This document shows, piece after piece, positions 47,882 to 58,495 of a stretch of DNA of 64,000 nucleotides. The stretch's first letter is position 1; each line of letters starts with the position of its first letter. The stretch comes from Dehalococcoidia bacterium (GTDB lineage: Bacteria > Chloroflexota > Dehalococcoidia > GIF9 > UBA5629): NCBI GenBank assembly GCA_050011565.1, contig JBEKIW010000005.1, positions 82,698 to 146,697 of the forward strand, given 5' to 3'. Below the pieces are notes generated by a model that had not been told where the DNA came from, did not search any database, and saw only the letters and a list, made by a program, of their open reading frames with translations. The translations under genes were made by a program, and so were the position numbers.

Positions 47882-50056
47882 TCACGGTGGCGTCTTGACC
47901 TGCCAAACAAGATTAAGCTCGGCCGTTCCGCCGGGTTGCAAATCCAGCGGCAGCAAGAAAAGCAGGCAGCTCTCCTGATATATCAGTTCTATGCCGCCCT
48001 CGGAATTGGAGACGCTTTCCACGGGGAAGCGCCAGAAACCAACCTCCGGTTTCATGGTTAGTTCCAGTTCTATGCCCAGATTTCGATTGCCCAGTACTAC
48101 TTCCTCAACTTCTGTCAGCACGCCCCGGGAATCGAGATGGCTGTCCTCCAGGGCAACTCCGGGCACTCTATAGTAAGCCTGCTCATTATGTCCGCCGCCG
48201 AGCAAGTTCAGGTTCCATTCGCTGCCATAAACGACCTGAATCGGTGAGCCGCTTGCATTCTTCAATCGGCAGGTTATATAGGCCTTCTCTTCGCTACTCA
48301 CCAACCTGATTTCCTTCTGCACCTCAAACGGTAGGCTTTTTGATTGGCTCCGCACCATCCCACTACGTTTTAACAAAATCTTCAGCTCACTGCCTTTCCG
48401 CTCTACCATGAAATCGTACGGCTGGCCAACGAAGTCTCCCAGCTCGACATATAACTGGTTGGCAAATTCCTCCAGTTTGGTGCCCGAGTCAAAGAAGTGG
48501 TCAACAAGGCTGGAGCGGGGATATATGTCATATATTAAATAGCGCAATATGTCCTTATCTTTCACTATTATCTGTTCGTGTATGCTGGGAATAGCATTCC
48601 CACTTCCTGTCTCTTTCTCTGGAGGCGGCTCAGTAAGAACTTTGTGATAAGCCTCCGGCCTCCTGGCTAGCGTGCTTAACACGTTATAGTTATGACACCG
48701 GAGGTCCCATTCAAAAATAGTGCCACCTTCACCGGGGCTCAAATAGACGGAAAAGCCGTCGGTATCAGCCAGTAACTCTTCATTACCGTCATCATCGAAA
48801 TCGAGCTTCTGCCACTCCACCCAACCACGGCTTGAACGGGAGATTCTGCCTAACCCTGAGCGGCTCTGATGTATTATGTTGTCAGCTTTGCTTTCAGCCT
48901 GAACAAGATAGCCGAAGGTGCTGGCTCGAATATCGGCAAGGTAAATCCCGCCGAAAACACCATGCCAGTACGGACAATTGCACTGCGCTTTCCACAGTTC
49001 TTCCAGTCCGCAATCGCCTTTTCCTAGAGTTCGAGCTAGATAAACCTTCTGGTGAACACGGAGCATTTTCTTGTGCATCCGATTTATCTCCGGGTATTTG
49101 ACTAAAAAATTGCGCCATAGACCGCTGTACATAAATTGAGTTAAATCATGACGCCCCTCGGCTTCAAGCTGATGTTTGAGGTTGGTATATTCCCACGATT
49201 TGTTCGCTGGCAGAGACCACTCCATCATTTCCTCATAAGAAGCGCACGGCAGATAAATCCGGCCCTGAGCTGGAAACCGCTGTATATATTCACCTAATAG
49301 AATGATATGTAGCCAACTTTGATTAGCTTCCAGTTCTGTGAAGAATCTATCCATCCATCCCTTTTGCCAGCAATACTCACAAGTTCCTGGCCACATGCCA
49401 AATTTCTCACCGTCGTCACCGAGTATGGCTATCTTATCTTCTTCCGCCGATGCCTCCTTATTCAAATAAGCCATGACTTGTTCCACATCATGCCACGGAA
49501 TAGAGTATCGCAGCTGCTTACTGATAGGAAATATATTTACGGTGAAGCCCTGCTCCTCGGTAATGTAATAGCCAAAGAGGTCTTTATCTTCCACCCCCAG
49601 CGACTTAAAAGCATTGTCATCGACCAGCGTCCAGTCCACACCTGCCTCAGCCAGAATTTTGGCCAGGTACGGTTCCCAAACACGCTCTGCCAGCCACAAT
49701 CCTGTTGGTTTTGTGCCAAATCGCTGTGTTACAAAATCAGCCATCTTGGCAATTTGCCCCAATTTGTCCGCATCAGGAATAGCCGGCAAGATAGGCTCAT
49801 AATAGGCACCACCCATAATTTCCACCTGCTGTCTGTCGACTAATCTGGCAAGACGGTCTAGAAAATCCGAATGGTTTTGCTCCAGCCAATCGATAAGGCA
49901 ACCACTGTAATGCAAGGAAAGACGGATATATGGATGCTTCTCCAGCGCTTCAACCATAGGCAAATAAGCTTGCTGGTAAGCTTGCTCAAATACCCAGGGG
50001 AAGTTACCTAATGGTTGGTGATTATGTATGACCAGACCCAGGAAGATGTGCTCCAA
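47882..50056 (-). CDS. GH57 alpha-amylase / 4-alpha-glucanotransferase
   Basis: HNHQP, WLAERVW (nucleophile), GDDGEKFG, AQCNCPYWHGVFGG and C-terminal beta-sandwich. Confidence 0.92.
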   Translation of the reverse strand: MEHIFLGLVIHNHQPLGNFPWVFEQAYQQAYLPMVEALEKHPYIRLSLHYSGCLIDWLEQNHSDFLDRLARLVDRQQVEIMGGAYYEPILPAIPDADKLGQIAKMADFVTQRFGTKPTGLWLAERVWEPYLAKILAEAGVDWTLVDDNAFKSLGVEDKDLFGYYITEEQGFTVNIFPISKQLRYSIPWHDVEQVMAYLNKEASAEEDKIAILGDDGEKFGMWPGTCEYCWQKGWMDRFFTELEANQSWLHIILLGEYIQRFPAQGRIYLPCASYEEMMEWSLPANKSWEYTNLKHQLEAEGRHDLTQFMYSGLWRNFLVKYPEINRMHKKMLRVHQKVYLARTLGKGDCGLEELWKAQCNCPYWHGVFGGIYLADIRASTFGYLVQAESKADNIIHQSRSGLGRISRSSRGWVEWQKLDFDDDGNEELLADTDGFSVYLSPGEGGTIFEWDLRCHNYNVLSTLARRPEAYHKVLTEPPPEKETGSGNAIPSIHEQIIVKDKDILRYLIYDIYPRSSLVDHFFDSGTKLEEFANQLYVELGDFVGQPYDFMVERKGSELKILLKRSGMVRSQSKSLPFEVQKEIRLVSSEEKAYITCRLKNASGSPIQVVYGSEWNLNLLGGGHNEQAYYRVPGVALEDSHLDSRGVLTEVEEVVLGNRNLGIELELTMKPEVGFWRFPVESVSNSEGGIELIYQESCLLFLLPLDLQPGGTAELNLVWQVKTPP

Positions 50057-50074
50057 CTATTTATCCGCTTACAA

Positions 50075-50296
50075 CTATGCCTTCCGTACTTTGTCCTTGG
50101 CAATCTTCAGTATGACTTTGTCACCAATTTTCTCAATATCGCCCGGCACAATTGAGACTTTCTTTGTGAAACCTGACTTTACTGAAAGGCTGCTTACAGA
50201 CCCTTTGCTAATATCTATTTCCATATCCACAATCTTGCCTACCACTTCAGCATTCACATCAATCACTTCTTTCCCGAATAACTCTTTAGCCTTCAT
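50075..50296 (-). CDS. PRC-barrel domain protein
   Basis: ELFGKEVID...VGKIVDMEID...IEKIGDKVIL; ATG at 50296 with GGAG RBS. Confidence 0.85.
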   Translation of the reverse strand: MKAKELFGKEVIDVNAEVVGKIVDMEIDISKGSVSSLSVKSGFTKKVSIVPGDIEKIGDKVILKIAKDKVRKA

Positions 50297-50333
50297 TTTT
50301 CGCTCTCCTCCTTGCAATCGATATTTACCAAAT

Positions 50334-51635
50334 CTAGTCTATATACAACATATCCGTAATCTGGTCGAATAGATACCTCGCTGCTACCAGCTTGTAATAG
50401 TACTCTTTCTTCAGCTCCGGTTTACTATTACTTAACGATATCGCCTTATAAGCATTCAGCAAAACTTCGCGTTGAAGATTTAGGCCCCGATAAACCATGT
50501 TTACATCCCACATCGGTTTTTTGCTCGCCCACCAGAACTGGTCGCTGTGAAACGCGGCGTCCAGAGTTGTTCTGGCAATGTTAGCAAATTGGGATACGGT
50601 GTCATTATCAGCCAGTTCAAACGCCTTACGAGCCACATCCATAGTTATGGAAAGATGCTCCCATTGTCTCTGATGCACCTGGTTATTTTTGTCGTCCCAC
50701 AGTGGATAATAATTCTGCATCTTTATATCATCCGCCGAAGTGCTCCATGATGATGGTTTAGGTTCGACCTGATTACCTCTGGGGAAAATATCCAGTAGCT
50801 GGCTTATGGTGACTATACTTATCTGCCTGTCCTCTTTGTCTTTTTCGAACTCGAACAACCTACGGTGCTGTTCGGCCAGTGGCTTCTGTTGGTGCAGGGT
50901 TTTATCGTGGTTTGGCATCGGCTCAAGTGTCTCAAAAATCTGCGCCAGAAATAATTTGTCCCAATGTTGAATATGATGGCCGAAGGTCTCGGCGTCCATA
51001 GCAGTAACGACATATATGTCATCCTGGCCGTTGTACAGCCGCTTCAGGTGCTCAATAAAGCCCGGACCATCTATATTCCGGAAGCTGATTTTATTGCTCA
51101 ATATGTCATCACGGAAAAAAACTGCCAGCTTATCGTGCCCGCTGCTGATTTCATGAATCACATCCATCGGCCAGGCTACCGGGCAGGCAATTCCACTGAG
51201 AATAATCCATTCGTGGCGGGCTTCAATGATGGGCTCGACTATATCCCTGGAATAGCACATCTCGGGAGGAAAAGCACCTCGCGGCGCATAAACATCACCC
51301 AGAAGGCTCCGGTTAGTCTGATAATTAAGTCTTATCTGCCTTTCCATCTCTTCTATTGGTATAAGAGGTAGCACCGGATGATATTTACCTGAACCAGTAA
51401 ACTCAATTCTCCCCTCCCCGGCCAGTTTACGTAACTTATCCAGCACATCTGAATATCCGCACTGTCCCAACATCTCGGTAAGTACACCGTTGATATTAAC
51501 CGTAACCCGGGCATGCGGAAATTCTTCAAAGACGTCCACCAGCGGCCGATATGACTCGTTGCTGATTCTCATCAACATGCTGTTAGTTTGGGTCGGCGGT
51601 TGGTAGAAATGCAAAAGCGGTGCCCAATAAATCAT
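50334..51635 (-). CDS. GH57 family glycoside hydrolase
   Basis: HFYQPP, YHPVLPL, FPPEM, MDAETFGHH and HSDQFWW. Confidence 0.9.
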   Translation of the reverse strand: MIYWAPLLHFYQPPTQTNSMLMRISNESYRPLVDVFEEFPHARVTVNINGVLTEMLGQCGYSDVLDKLRKLAGEGRIEFTGSGKYHPVLPLIPIEEMERQIRLNYQTNRSLLGDVYAPRGAFPPEMCYSRDIVEPIIEARHEWIILSGIACPVAWPMDVIHEISSGHDKLAVFFRDDILSNKISFRNIDGPGFIEHLKRLYNGQDDIYVVTAMDAETFGHHIQHWDKLFLAQIFETLEPMPNHDKTLHQQKPLAEQHRRLFEFEKDKEDRQISIVTISQLLDIFPRGNQVEPKPSSWSTSADDIKMQNYYPLWDDKNNQVHQRQWEHLSITMDVARKAFELADNDTVSQFANIARTTLDAAFHSDQFWWASKKPMWDVNMVYRGLNLQREVLLNAYKAISLSNSKPELKKEYYYKLVAARYLFDQITDMLYID

Positions 51636-52627
51636 GTCTGCGCTCCTGCTTTTACTCGTTGGAAACCCACATGGATGGCAGCACCGATTATCCCCGCGTT
51701 ACTGCCCAGACGAGCCCGGACAATGCGCACACTTTGAGCCGGCAACCGAAAAGCTCTTTCTTTAATCACCTCCCGTGCCGGCTTAAGCAGCATATTTCCC
51801 ATCTTAGATAAGCCGCCGCCGATTACAATCAATTCCGGATTAAAAATATTTACCAGGTTGGCTAAGCCTATGCCGAGATAATTAGCAGCTTTAGCTACGA
51901 TATCGCACGCCACCTTGTCTCCTCGCCTGGCTGCAGTTGCCACCGTCTCGGCAGTGATATTATCGACTCCGCCGTCAACAAGCTCGGCAATAGAACTCCT
52001 TTCCCCCTGATTTATACGGGTCACTGCTTCCTTAGCTATTGCCCAACCCGAAGCCAGAGCCTCAAGGCAGCCAAAATTGCCGCAATGGCATTGCGGCCCA
52101 TTAGCCTCTATCGTCATATGCCCCAACTCTCCGGCACATCCGTCGGCACCGGAATAAAGTTCTCCATTTATAATTATACCACCACCAATACCGGTGCTCA
52201 CCGTAAGATAGAGCAGATTATCAAATCCCCTGCCAGCCCCAAAGCGTTGTTCTCCCAAAGCGGCAGCGCTGGCATCATTAATAAGATAGGTAGCCAGGCC
52301 CGACCTGGCGGCAATAATATCTCTTAGTGGAACATTACGCCAGCCGGGTAAGTTAGGCGAAGTGGACACCATTCCTCTCCTGGTGTCCAGAATCCCGGCC
52401 ACCGCAATGCCGATGCCCATTAGCTCAGTTTTTTTAAACCTGCCCTGGGCTATTGACCGGTTTATGGCAGATGATAGCCTGTTTATAACGGCGCGAGTGC
52501 CTCCATCAGCCTGCGTCAGATAGTATCTGCGGGAGATTATCTTGCCGGCAGGTAGAACCACGGCCACAATCATCTTGGTGCCGCCAATATCGACAGTTAA
52601 GACAGGCCGCTGCCTATCTTCCGGCAT
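51632..52627 (-). CDS. ROK-family glucokinase
   Basis: DIGGTK, NDASAAALGE, STGIGGG and GELGH...CHCGNFGCLE. Confidence 0.9.
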   Translation of the reverse strand: MPEDRQRPVLTVDIGGTKMIVAVVLPAGKIISRRYYLTQADGGTRAVINRLSSAINRSIAQGRFKKTELMGIGIAVAGILDTRRGMVSTSPNLPGWRNVPLRDIIAARSGLATYLINDASAAALGEQRFGAGRGFDNLLYLTVSTGIGGGIIINGELYSGADGCAGELGHMTIEANGPQCHCGNFGCLEALASGWAIAKEAVTRINQGERSSIAELVDGGVDNITAETVATAARRGDKVACDIVAKAANYLGIGLANLVNIFNPELIVIGGGLSKMGNMLLKPAREVIKERAFRLPAQSVRIVRARLGSNAGIIGAAIHVGFQRVKAGAQT

Positions 52628-54044
52628 GTCTCGGTAACTCCAAAACTTTTTGATAAAGAGATTCGTATTTTTTAGCCGAAGCTTGCCACGAAAAATCTAG
52701 CGCCATTATGCGTTGTATCACTTTGCGCCAAGCTTTATTCCTGTAGCCATTTACTGCCCGTTGGATGGCAGCCAACATAGCCTCGGAATTGTAATCCTCG
52801 AAAACAAATCCGCTGCCCTGACTTAGGTCAGGCGTTAAGTCTTGTACGGTGTCGACCAGGCCGCCGGTGTGGCGAACTATCGGGACAGTCCCATATTTCA
52901 TAGCAATTAGTTGTCCCAGTCCGCATGGCTCAAATCGAGACGGCATTAAAAACATGTCGGAGCCGGCATAGACAAGGTGGCTCAGTCGCTCATCAAACTC
53001 AATAAAGGCAGCTAATTGCTGCGAGTATCTCTTTGCTGCTTCTTTCAGTAAATCATGGTATTCTTGTCTGCCCTGTCCCAGTACAACCATCTGGCATTTC
53101 GTCTTTTGGAATAAAGCATCAAAGCCGGCATCCAGGATGTCGAGACCCTTCTGCTCATCCAGGCGTGAAACCATTCCGATGAGCGGTATTTCAGCATCTG
53201 CAGCAAACCCAGCTATTTTTTGAAGTGCCAGCTTGTTGTTATTCTTCTTATCGGATTTAGAGACATTGTACTTAGCCGGTATGAAATCATCAGTTACCGG
53301 GTTGAATTCATCATAATCTAAGCCGTTGACGATACCGAACAGTCTGTCCTGTCGGTAGCGCAAGAGATAGTCAAGGCCTGCTCCGTATTCAGGAGTTAGA
53401 ATTTCTGCGGCATAAGTTTCGCTAACCGTGGTTACTAAATCAGCCCAAATTATACCCTGGCTCATGAAATTCAACGGCGGTTCTGGCGCATTGGTAGGCC
53501 GCAACTGCCAGTCTTCTTTCAATCCGGATTTAGCTAAAAATTCGCTATTGAAATTCCCCTGATAGGCTAAATTATGTATGGTAAAAATCGACGCGTAATC
53601 ATAATTGCCCGCTTTCAGCAACAACGGAATCAACCCGGTATGCCAGTCATGGCAATGGATTATGTCAGGTTGCCAATCCAACCTGCGGAGGATTTCTATG
53701 GCAGACCGGCAGAAAAGAAGAAACCGCTCCAGGTCATCTTTACCGTAAACCGCGCGTGAACCCGAAAAATCAGCGCTATCTACCAGATAAATCTTCAGCT
53801 TATTGGCAAGCTCAACGATTTTTGAAGAGACTGCTTTATCAGTCTGCATTACTGAAACATTAAAACTATCGATAACAGTGGTAGCTGACAACTTGTCGGC
53901 ATCTATGGCGCCATATCCAGGAAGCATCACTCGGACGTCATGTCCCAACTCGTTTAAAGCTTTGGGTAATGAGCCGACGACATCTGCCAGGCCGCCGACT
54001 TTTATCAGCGGCTCAGCTTCAGCGGCGACAAAGAGGATTTTCAT
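52614..54044 (-). CDS. glgA: glycogen synthase (GT5)
   Basis: KVGGLADV, HCHDWH, TIHNLAYQG and PSRFEPCGL; ATG at 54044 overlaps the upstream TAA. Confidence 0.95.
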   Translation of the reverse strand: MKILFVAAEAEPLIKVGGLADVVGSLPKALNELGHDVRVMLPGYGAIDADKLSATTVIDSFNVSVMQTDKAVSSKIVELANKLKIYLVDSADFSGSRAVYGKDDLERFLLFCRSAIEILRRLDWQPDIIHCHDWHTGLIPLLLKAGNYDYASIFTIHNLAYQGNFNSEFLAKSGLKEDWQLRPTNAPEPPLNFMSQGIIWADLVTTVSETYAAEILTPEYGAGLDYLLRYRQDRLFGIVNGLDYDEFNPVTDDFIPAKYNVSKSDKKNNNKLALQKIAGFAADAEIPLIGMVSRLDEQKGLDILDAGFDALFQKTKCQMVVLGQGRQEYHDLLKEAAKRYSQQLAAFIEFDERLSHLVYAGSDMFLMPSRFEPCGLGQLIAMKYGTVPIVRHTGGLVDTVQDLTPDLSQGSGFVFEDYNSEAMLAAIQRAVNGYRNKAWRKVIQRIMALDFSWQASAKKYESLYQKVLELPRHAGR

Positions 54045-55735
54045 TATTCGATTCGACATTCTCTCTCGGCGAAGGAACGGTAATCGATTTTGGGGAAAAC
54101 TTTATCCAGCTCCCAAATTTCATTGCACAGAGCCACGGCTGCTTTGTCGGCATGTCCGGACTCGGCGATATCTGCTAATTTCTGAAAGCGGTTGACATGC
54201 TCCAGGAATCGATTTTCAGCATAAACTCTAGCTTGACCTGTGGTTATCAAAAATGGCCAGTCGCTGGACTGCAGCAGTACCAGTTCCCTGGCTGTTTGAT
54301 TAAGTATTTTCTTCATTGGCCCTTCAGTATCGGCGTACCTGGCGACAAGTCCTTCCATCTTTAATGCCGCCGACTGCATAATTGGCCAGATCCAGTCGGT
54401 ATCGGCATTTTGCCATGTGAAATGTCCACCTCCTGACCCCCAGGAACTCTCAGGCAGGGCAAGAACATCCTCCGGCGGATGTTTTTCAATGAACTTACTG
54501 GCTGTAGTCGGTTCCACTAACTCGTTCTGACTTATATAACGTAAAACTTGCTTCACCCATTCGACACCCTCAAACCACCAGTGCCCGAAAAGCTCGGTAT
54601 CATAAGCTGCGGAGACGATACCGAATTTGCCAGTCTCTTGATAAAATCGGGTAAGCAGCTCTTCGACTAACTGGGCATAATGGGCGCTATGCTCAGCAAC
54701 ACGCTGGCCAGCCCAGTATGGGTCATAATATTCTTTATATGCTAGGTCCACTTTAGCTCCTGTAACCTTCCAGTATTGCAGTCCGGAGATGCCATCCTTC
54801 TTATGAAACTCGCGATAATTGAAGTCACCGGGATAACCCCACTCGGCAGACCATACCTGCATGCTGGTTCGATTATTTCTGCCGATTACAGCCACTTCCG
54901 GAGTTCGTACCCAATATGGCAAATATGTGGTCCGCTCAGTTGGTATAGAATATTCGGGCAGCGGCACTACATACCGACGAGATATGTCGGCATACGGGCC
55001 GATAACTTCCTCTCTGGCTTTCCCCACCGGCTCACCGCCTTCCACCGTATGGGTTTCAGCAAAAAAACAGGTCAAGCCTAGCTGAGCCAAAAAAGACTCC
55101 AGACCAGGTTTAATATAGCTTTTGTCTGAGCTACCAACATAATACGCCGGCCGGTACCCACACTCAGGAAGCCAAACCGAGGATGGCTCCACACCAAAAT
55201 GTCGTTTATAACTTTCTTTGCCGGTCTGCAGCTGGCCGTATATCGAAGAATCGCGCTCCAGCAGTGGCAAATAGGCATGCGTGGCGGCGCTGGTAGTTAT
55301 TTCTATATATTCCTCATCCTGTAACTTCTTGAAGGCAAGTATTAAGTTACGTTCGAACCTCTCATTGAAGCTCTTCAGTATATGTTGATACCTGTCAAGA
55401 TAGAACCTGGCTAAATATAAGAGATGGCCTTCATTAGCCTTATCGAAACGGTTCACATCCAATTGAGCCCGCTGTATTTTGTCCTCGATGAACTCGGCCA
55501 GGTGGTCAATAACCAGCGGGTCAGCGAGCTGCTCAACCAGGACCGGCGTAATGCCCAGGGTTAATTTGAAAGGACAGCCCTCTTTCTTCAAGTCATAAAG
55601 GGCATCGAGCAGCGGAATATATGTCTCGGAAGCGGCTTCATGAATCCACTCCTCGCCGTGCGGCCAACGCCCGGCATTGCGACAATATGGAAGATGGCTG
55701 TGCAACACAAAGGTAAATCCTCCGACTTTCATCAA
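54044..55735 (-). CDS. GH57 1,4-alpha-glucan branching enzyme
   Basis: LHSHLPY, ETYIPLL, WLPECGY, YREFH, YDTELFGHWWFEG and SSDWPF. Confidence 0.93.
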   Translation of the reverse strand: MMKVGGFTFVLHSHLPYCRNAGRWPHGEEWIHEAASETYIPLLDALYDLKKEGCPFKLTLGITPVLVEQLADPLVIDHLAEFIEDKIQRAQLDVNRFDKANEGHLLYLARFYLDRYQHILKSFNERFERNLILAFKKLQDEEYIEITTSAATHAYLPLLERDSSIYGQLQTGKESYKRHFGVEPSSVWLPECGYRPAYYVGSSDKSYIKPGLESFLAQLGLTCFFAETHTVEGGEPVGKAREEVIGPYADISRRYVVPLPEYSIPTERTTYLPYWVRTPEVAVIGRNNRTSMQVWSAEWGYPGDFNYREFHKKDGISGLQYWKVTGAKVDLAYKEYYDPYWAGQRVAEHSAHYAQLVEELLTRFYQETGKFGIVSAAYDTELFGHWWFEGVEWVKQVLRYISQNELVEPTTASKFIEKHPPEDVLALPESSWGSGGGHFTWQNADTDWIWPIMQSAALKMEGLVARYADTEGPMKKILNQTARELVLLQSSDWPFLITTGQARVYAENRFLEHVNRFQKLADIAESGHADKAAVALCNEIWELDKVFPKIDYRSFAERECRIE

Positions 55736-55998
55736 TACCTCCTACAATGGATGACGCCGAGGCGTTTTACTGGCCACGCTTTATCCGCTAGAAATTTCTT
55801 TGGATGCCCGGCCCATTTCATCGGCCCCCGCTAACCATTTTTCTATTTTAGCCCAAATTCTTTTCGAATGTCGAGTTAAGTGCCAGATATAAAAGTCAGC
55901 TCGACGCACTTTGATGGACTCCATCATGCTTTGTCTTAATCCATATAGCGAAAGACGTGGAAACAACAGCTAAATAAGGTTTGACTTTCAATATGAAG

Positions 55999-57000
55999 TC
56001 AACCTTGCCCTAATTCAACCACCAGAAGGTCGAGCGCCAGGTCGCCTTCATATTTCCCCGTTTTGATACCGATATCAGTTTCCAGGAGCTTGTCGTAGGC
56101 CTTTTTTATCCGCTCCAGGGTGAACGCTTTGGCCTGTTTTGCTGCCTTGTCCAGGCTGTAATTCGAAACTGCTTCCAGGCTATCTGTAATTCCAGGCTGG
56201 GATTTTTTTCGGCCCATGTCTTTAGCCATGACAATCAAACGAAGCTGCCGTGTAATCATAGCCAGTATATACGAAGGAGAAGCGCCATCTCGAAGTAGTC
56301 GATGAAGCAATTGCTGCGCCTGGCTTCTTCTTCCTTCAAGAATAGCATCCACCAGAGCAAAGATGTTTGCCTCCCTGGCATAACATGTCAGCTGTTTAAC
56401 ATTGTCTTCTGTTATAACCTGACCGGAGCCATAGGCCAGCAACTTATCTATCTCACCGCTCATAACCCACAGGTCGGCGCCGACCAGCCCAACCAGCAGC
56501 TTCAGCGCCGCCGGAGAGATGTTTCCGCCGCCCACTTTGATGCGACCCTGTACCCAGTCGCTCAAATCCCTGTCATTTAGCTGGGGAAAACCTTTGATTT
56601 TCGCCAGCGGAGCCAGAAACTTCATTAAACGATTGCCGGCCTTGACTTCGCCGTCAATCAAGACCAGTAATGTGGTCGGCGGCATTCGTTTGATATATTC
56701 CGGAAGGCCGGCCCATTCTTCCAGTGCCGAATTATTTTTCGCTTTAGAGCGGGCTGTCCGCCGTTCTGACCCGAACTTTGTCTCTAAGCGTCCCAGCAGC
56801 CCCTTAACGATGACAAGTCTGCACGGGCACAAGAACGGTACGGTGCTGCAGGCATCTATGAGCTGGCTTAAACGCAACTGCTGGCCATCTAATATGCTGG
56901 TATTGACCTCCAGCATCTCTTTATTGCCCAGCTCATTTTTTATCTCCTCTAATGCCTGCTGGAGAGAGAAATCGTCCTTCCCATGTAGTATATGGAACAA
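55999..57000 (-). CDS. holA: DNA polymerase III delta subunit
   Basis: ILHGKDDF, PFLCPCRLVIV, EIDKL, IFALVDAI and DIGIKTG. Confidence 0.92.
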   Translation of the reverse strand: MFHILHGKDDFSLQQALEEIKNELGNKEMLEVNTSILDGQQLRLSQLIDACSTVPFLCPCRLVIVKGLLGRLETKFGSERRTARSKAKNNSALEEWAGLPEYIKRMPPTTLLVLIDGEVKAGNRLMKFLAPLAKIKGFPQLNDRDLSDWVQGRIKVGGGNISPAALKLLVGLVGADLWVMSGEIDKLLAYGSGQVITEDNVKQLTCYAREANIFALVDAILEGRRSQAQQLLHRLLRDGASPSYILAMITRQLRLIVMAKDMGRKKSQPGITDSLEAVSNYSLDKAAKQAKAFTLERIKKAYDKLLETDIGIKTGKYEGDLALDLLVVELGQG

Positions 57001-57093
57001 TGTTTACACCCTCTACATTTTATCATATCTAAAATCCCGGGCACCCTGTTTAGCCCGTAAAGAAAGCCAGTTTGGTTGTCTTTTTTCATGTAC

Positions 57094-57122
57094 TTGATTT
57101 TGACTTCCGTACTGGCTATACT
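57094..57122 (+). promoter_or_regulatory. sigma70 promoter of the pur operon
   Basis: TTGATT-17-TATACT. Confidence 0.6.
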
Positions 57123-57128
57123 CAATAA

Positions 57129-57206
57129 GTTGCTGCGACCTGGATAATTAATTAGCCGATTTCGAGGACTTACTCAAGCAACAGCAGCCACTCCGACTAT
57201 CAGGCG
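57129..57206 (+). ncRNA. candidate structured purD leader (ZTP-riboswitch-like)
   Basis: GTTGCT/AGCAAC stem at the predicted transcription start; GCGAC-CTGGATA can pair with CCGAC-TATCAGG. Confidence 0.3.
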
Positions 57207-57229
57207 TTTAAGGAAGCGGGTACTTTGTA

Positions 57230-58495
57230 TTGAAAATAATGGTCATTGGCAGCGGGGCTAGAGAGCATGCCCTGGCCTGGAAAATCCAACAAAGCCCTAA
57301 AGTCACGGAACTCTATGCTGCGCCGGGCAACGCCGGTACGGCATCAATCGCCCGTAACCTGAACATTCGTCCTGATGACATAGAATCTTTAGCCGGAGCT
57401 GTCCGGGACATCGACATTGACCTCACCGTGGTTGGACCTGAAGCACCCTTGGCTGCCGGTATTGTAGACCGCTTTAAGCATCTCGGCATGTCCATCTTCG
57501 GGCCGACAAAAGCGGCTGCGCAAATTGAATCGAGCAAGGTCTTCGCCAGGAAATTGATGCAAAAATATGACATCCCTTGCCCCAAAGGTGTCACCTTCTC
57601 CAGCTACCCGGAGGCTAAAAGATACGTCGAGTCCCAGCCAACGCCAATTGTGGTCAAGGCTGATGGGCTGGCTGCCGGAAAAGGGGTCACAGTTGCCAGC
57701 TCCACAGACGAAGCCTTAAAAGCCCTCTCAGACATCATGGAGGCAAAGATTTTCGGTCCGGCTGGCGATAACGTGATAATCGAAGAATGCCTCACCGGCA
57801 AAGAAGTGAGCCTTTTAGCCTTTACCGATGGTAAGACCGTTATCCCCATGATACCAGCCTGCGATTACAAGAGGGTATTTGATGATGACCGCGGCCCGAA
57901 TACGGGAGGCATGGGCAGCTACAGCCCACCCGGCTTCTTTGACGCCAAATTAACCAGGGAGGTAACGAAAACTATACTGCAGCCAGTGGTAAAGGCAATG
58001 GCGCAGGAAGGCATGCCCTATAAAGGGGTTCTCTACGCCGGGCTGATGATAGCCGCCGATGGACCAAAAGTGTTAGAATTTAACGCCCGATTCGGCGACC
58101 CGGAAACCCAGGCGATTTTACCCCGCCTCCAGACCGATTTAGTAGACATTCTTCTCGCCGTAGTGGATAATAAGCTCAGCGATATATTGGTGCAGTGGAG
58201 TGACGACGCCAGCGTTGGTGTGGTGATGGCATCGGGCGGATATCCGGGAAGCTATAAAACGGGCTTCAAAATAACAGGACTCGATAAATTCAATGATGAC
58301 ATTATGGTCTTTCATGCCGGCACCAGGCTCGGCGAGGACTCACAGGTATATACTGACGGAGGTAGAGTGCTCACCGTGACAGCTACCGGCAAAGACATGG
58401 CTGAAGCTAGAGCCAGGGTCTATGGTAATATATCTCGTATTCACTTCGATGGCTGCCACTACCGTAAGGATATTGCAGCCAGGGAGGTAAACTAA
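57230..58495 (+). CDS. purD: phosphoribosylamine--glycine ligase
   Basis: GSGAREHAL, VVGPEAPL, KADGLAAGKGV, GPNTGGMG and RFGDPE. Confidence 0.97.
   Translation: MKIMVIGSGAREHALAWKIQQSPKVTELYAAPGNAGTASIARNLNIRPDDIESLAGAVRDIDIDLTVVGPEAPLAAGIVDRFKHLGMSIFGPTKAAAQIESSKVFARKLMQKYDIPCPKGVTFSSYPEAKRYVESQPTPIVVKADGLAAGKGVTVASSTDEALKALSDIMEAKIFGPAGDNVIIEECLTGKEVSLLAFTDGKTVIPMIPACDYKRVFDDDRGPNTGGMGSYSPPGFFDAKLTREVTKTILQPVVKAMAQEGMPYKGVLYAGLMIAADGPKVLEFNARFGDPETQAILPRLQTDLVDILLAVVDNKLSDILVQWSDDASVGVVMASGGYPGSYKTGFKITGLDKFNDDIMVFHAGTRLGEDSQVYTDGGRVLTVTATGKDMAEARARVYGNISRIHFDGCHYRKDIAAREVN

Noticed and set aside
55781-55966. 61-aa ORF between holA and the branching enzyme
   Set aside because: No motif or convincing RBS; probably intergenic sequence.
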